From positions 1 through 38,778 of the forward strand of contig CAJVPI010000252.1 of assembly GCA_910592345.1 (NCBI GenBank): a DNA stretch of 38,778 nt, written 5' to 3'. The notes under the pieces were generated by a model. That model was not told where the DNA came from, made no database searches, and saw only the letters and a list, made by a program, of their open reading frames with translations. This document shows positions 37,870 through 38,778 of this stretch, piece after piece. A program made the position numbers and the translations under genes. Each line of letters starts with the position of its first letter. Position 1 is the stretch's first letter. This stretch comes from Paraglomus brasilianum (taxonomy: Eukaryota).

Positions 37870-38706
37870 ATTAATGTCTATCGAATACAAGTTAACAGAA
37901 GTATTATCTTATAGAAACGAGCTGAGATTGGATCGTATCTGGCATTACAGAGCTATCACAGCCTGCATGCTTTTGTTTAAATCAGTGTGAAGATTTTAAG
38001 ATGCAATAGTTGATAGACGTTGTAAGTTATATATTAATGTATGAATCAATGATTTTAATTTTGTTAAGTAATAAAAATGTACATATTAATATTAATATTT
38101 ATAATTTATACGCACTATTGAATGTGAAGTACAATAAACTACCTTGGAGGTCGAGCGTTGTCCATACTATTATTATGTTTTCAGCGAGTCGGATTCTTAT
38201 ACACTGTTGCTACAATTTCTTCATCCGTCAGACCGATCTATTCTTGGTACGTGATCGGCTTTTTAATAGTAATAGGACAAAATAAAATTGAAAGTTTACA
38301 AAAGTGGCAGATTTAAAATTTAAAACCGACATGGTTTATTTCTACAATGTGTTTATAAATATATACAGTACATATTCGCTTGTTAATAAAAACTTTTCAT
38401 CGTCAGATGCTATATTACTGTATTAATGAATTTAATTAAGTTACACTAACAGTACCCGTGTCAAAGCCACTTGGCACGACCGCAGCAGTCCCTAATTTCA
38501 AAATTCTCTTCGGCTGATTTTGTTACTGGAGTTTATTATTTGAGAATTAACAAACAGCCTTCTATAATCAGAGTAGAATCACTTTATACAGTTCATATTA
38601 ATGTTTTTCATGAATATGCATTATATTCTCAAGAAGCTAGTTGAGAATTCTCAATTTTACCGTGCGATCGACATATTACACGTACTGTACATATACACAT
38701 ATGTTC

Positions 38707-38778
38707 TGACCCATTTCTGAATTTGACCCACTTCCGAATCGGGTCAACCCATTTCCGAATTCTGATATGGGTCAACCC
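38707..38778. repeat. Clustered short direct/inverted repeats running off the window end (possible transposon subterminal region)
   Basis: Three copies of ACCCA(T/C)TTC(T/C)GAAT and two of GGGTCAACCC. Confidence 0.5.

Noticed and set aside
38190..38240. LTDEEIVATV on the minus strand, like a Tigger transposase tail
   Set aside because: A single short motif with no DDE domain or TIRs.
1..38778. U12-type introns, tRNA, rRNA, snRNA
   Set aside because: No RTATCCTT donors occur at the inferred introns, and no RNA gene was recognisable by eye.

Overview
Intron-rich eukaryotic DNA, most likely an early-diverging fungus (Mucoromycota; the kinase family looks Glomeromycotina-like; taxonomy is inference). 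The left part (1-16 kb) holds conserved genes: a Lines (LINS1) homolog, a GCN4/cpc-1-type bZIP with upstream uORFs, SEC63, RPL18 and ORC4. The right part is accessory: a giant GB1/RHD3-type GTPase-like gene with all catalytic G-motifs substituted but an intact frame and an internal CpG desert, two paralogous kinase-TPR genes (~9 and ~31 repeats) with variable repeat positions and a perfect-identity tract, a PC-esterase-like pseudogene, a pogo-like MITE and two Tc1 remnants. Four homopolymer-type lesions (RPL18, ORC4 twice, kinase-TPR2) are probably assembly errors. Best candidate for a new system: a putative non-self-sensing cluster made of the pseudo-GTPase and the kinase/pseudokinase-TPR pair. 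All splicing and family assignments were done by eye, with no database searches.
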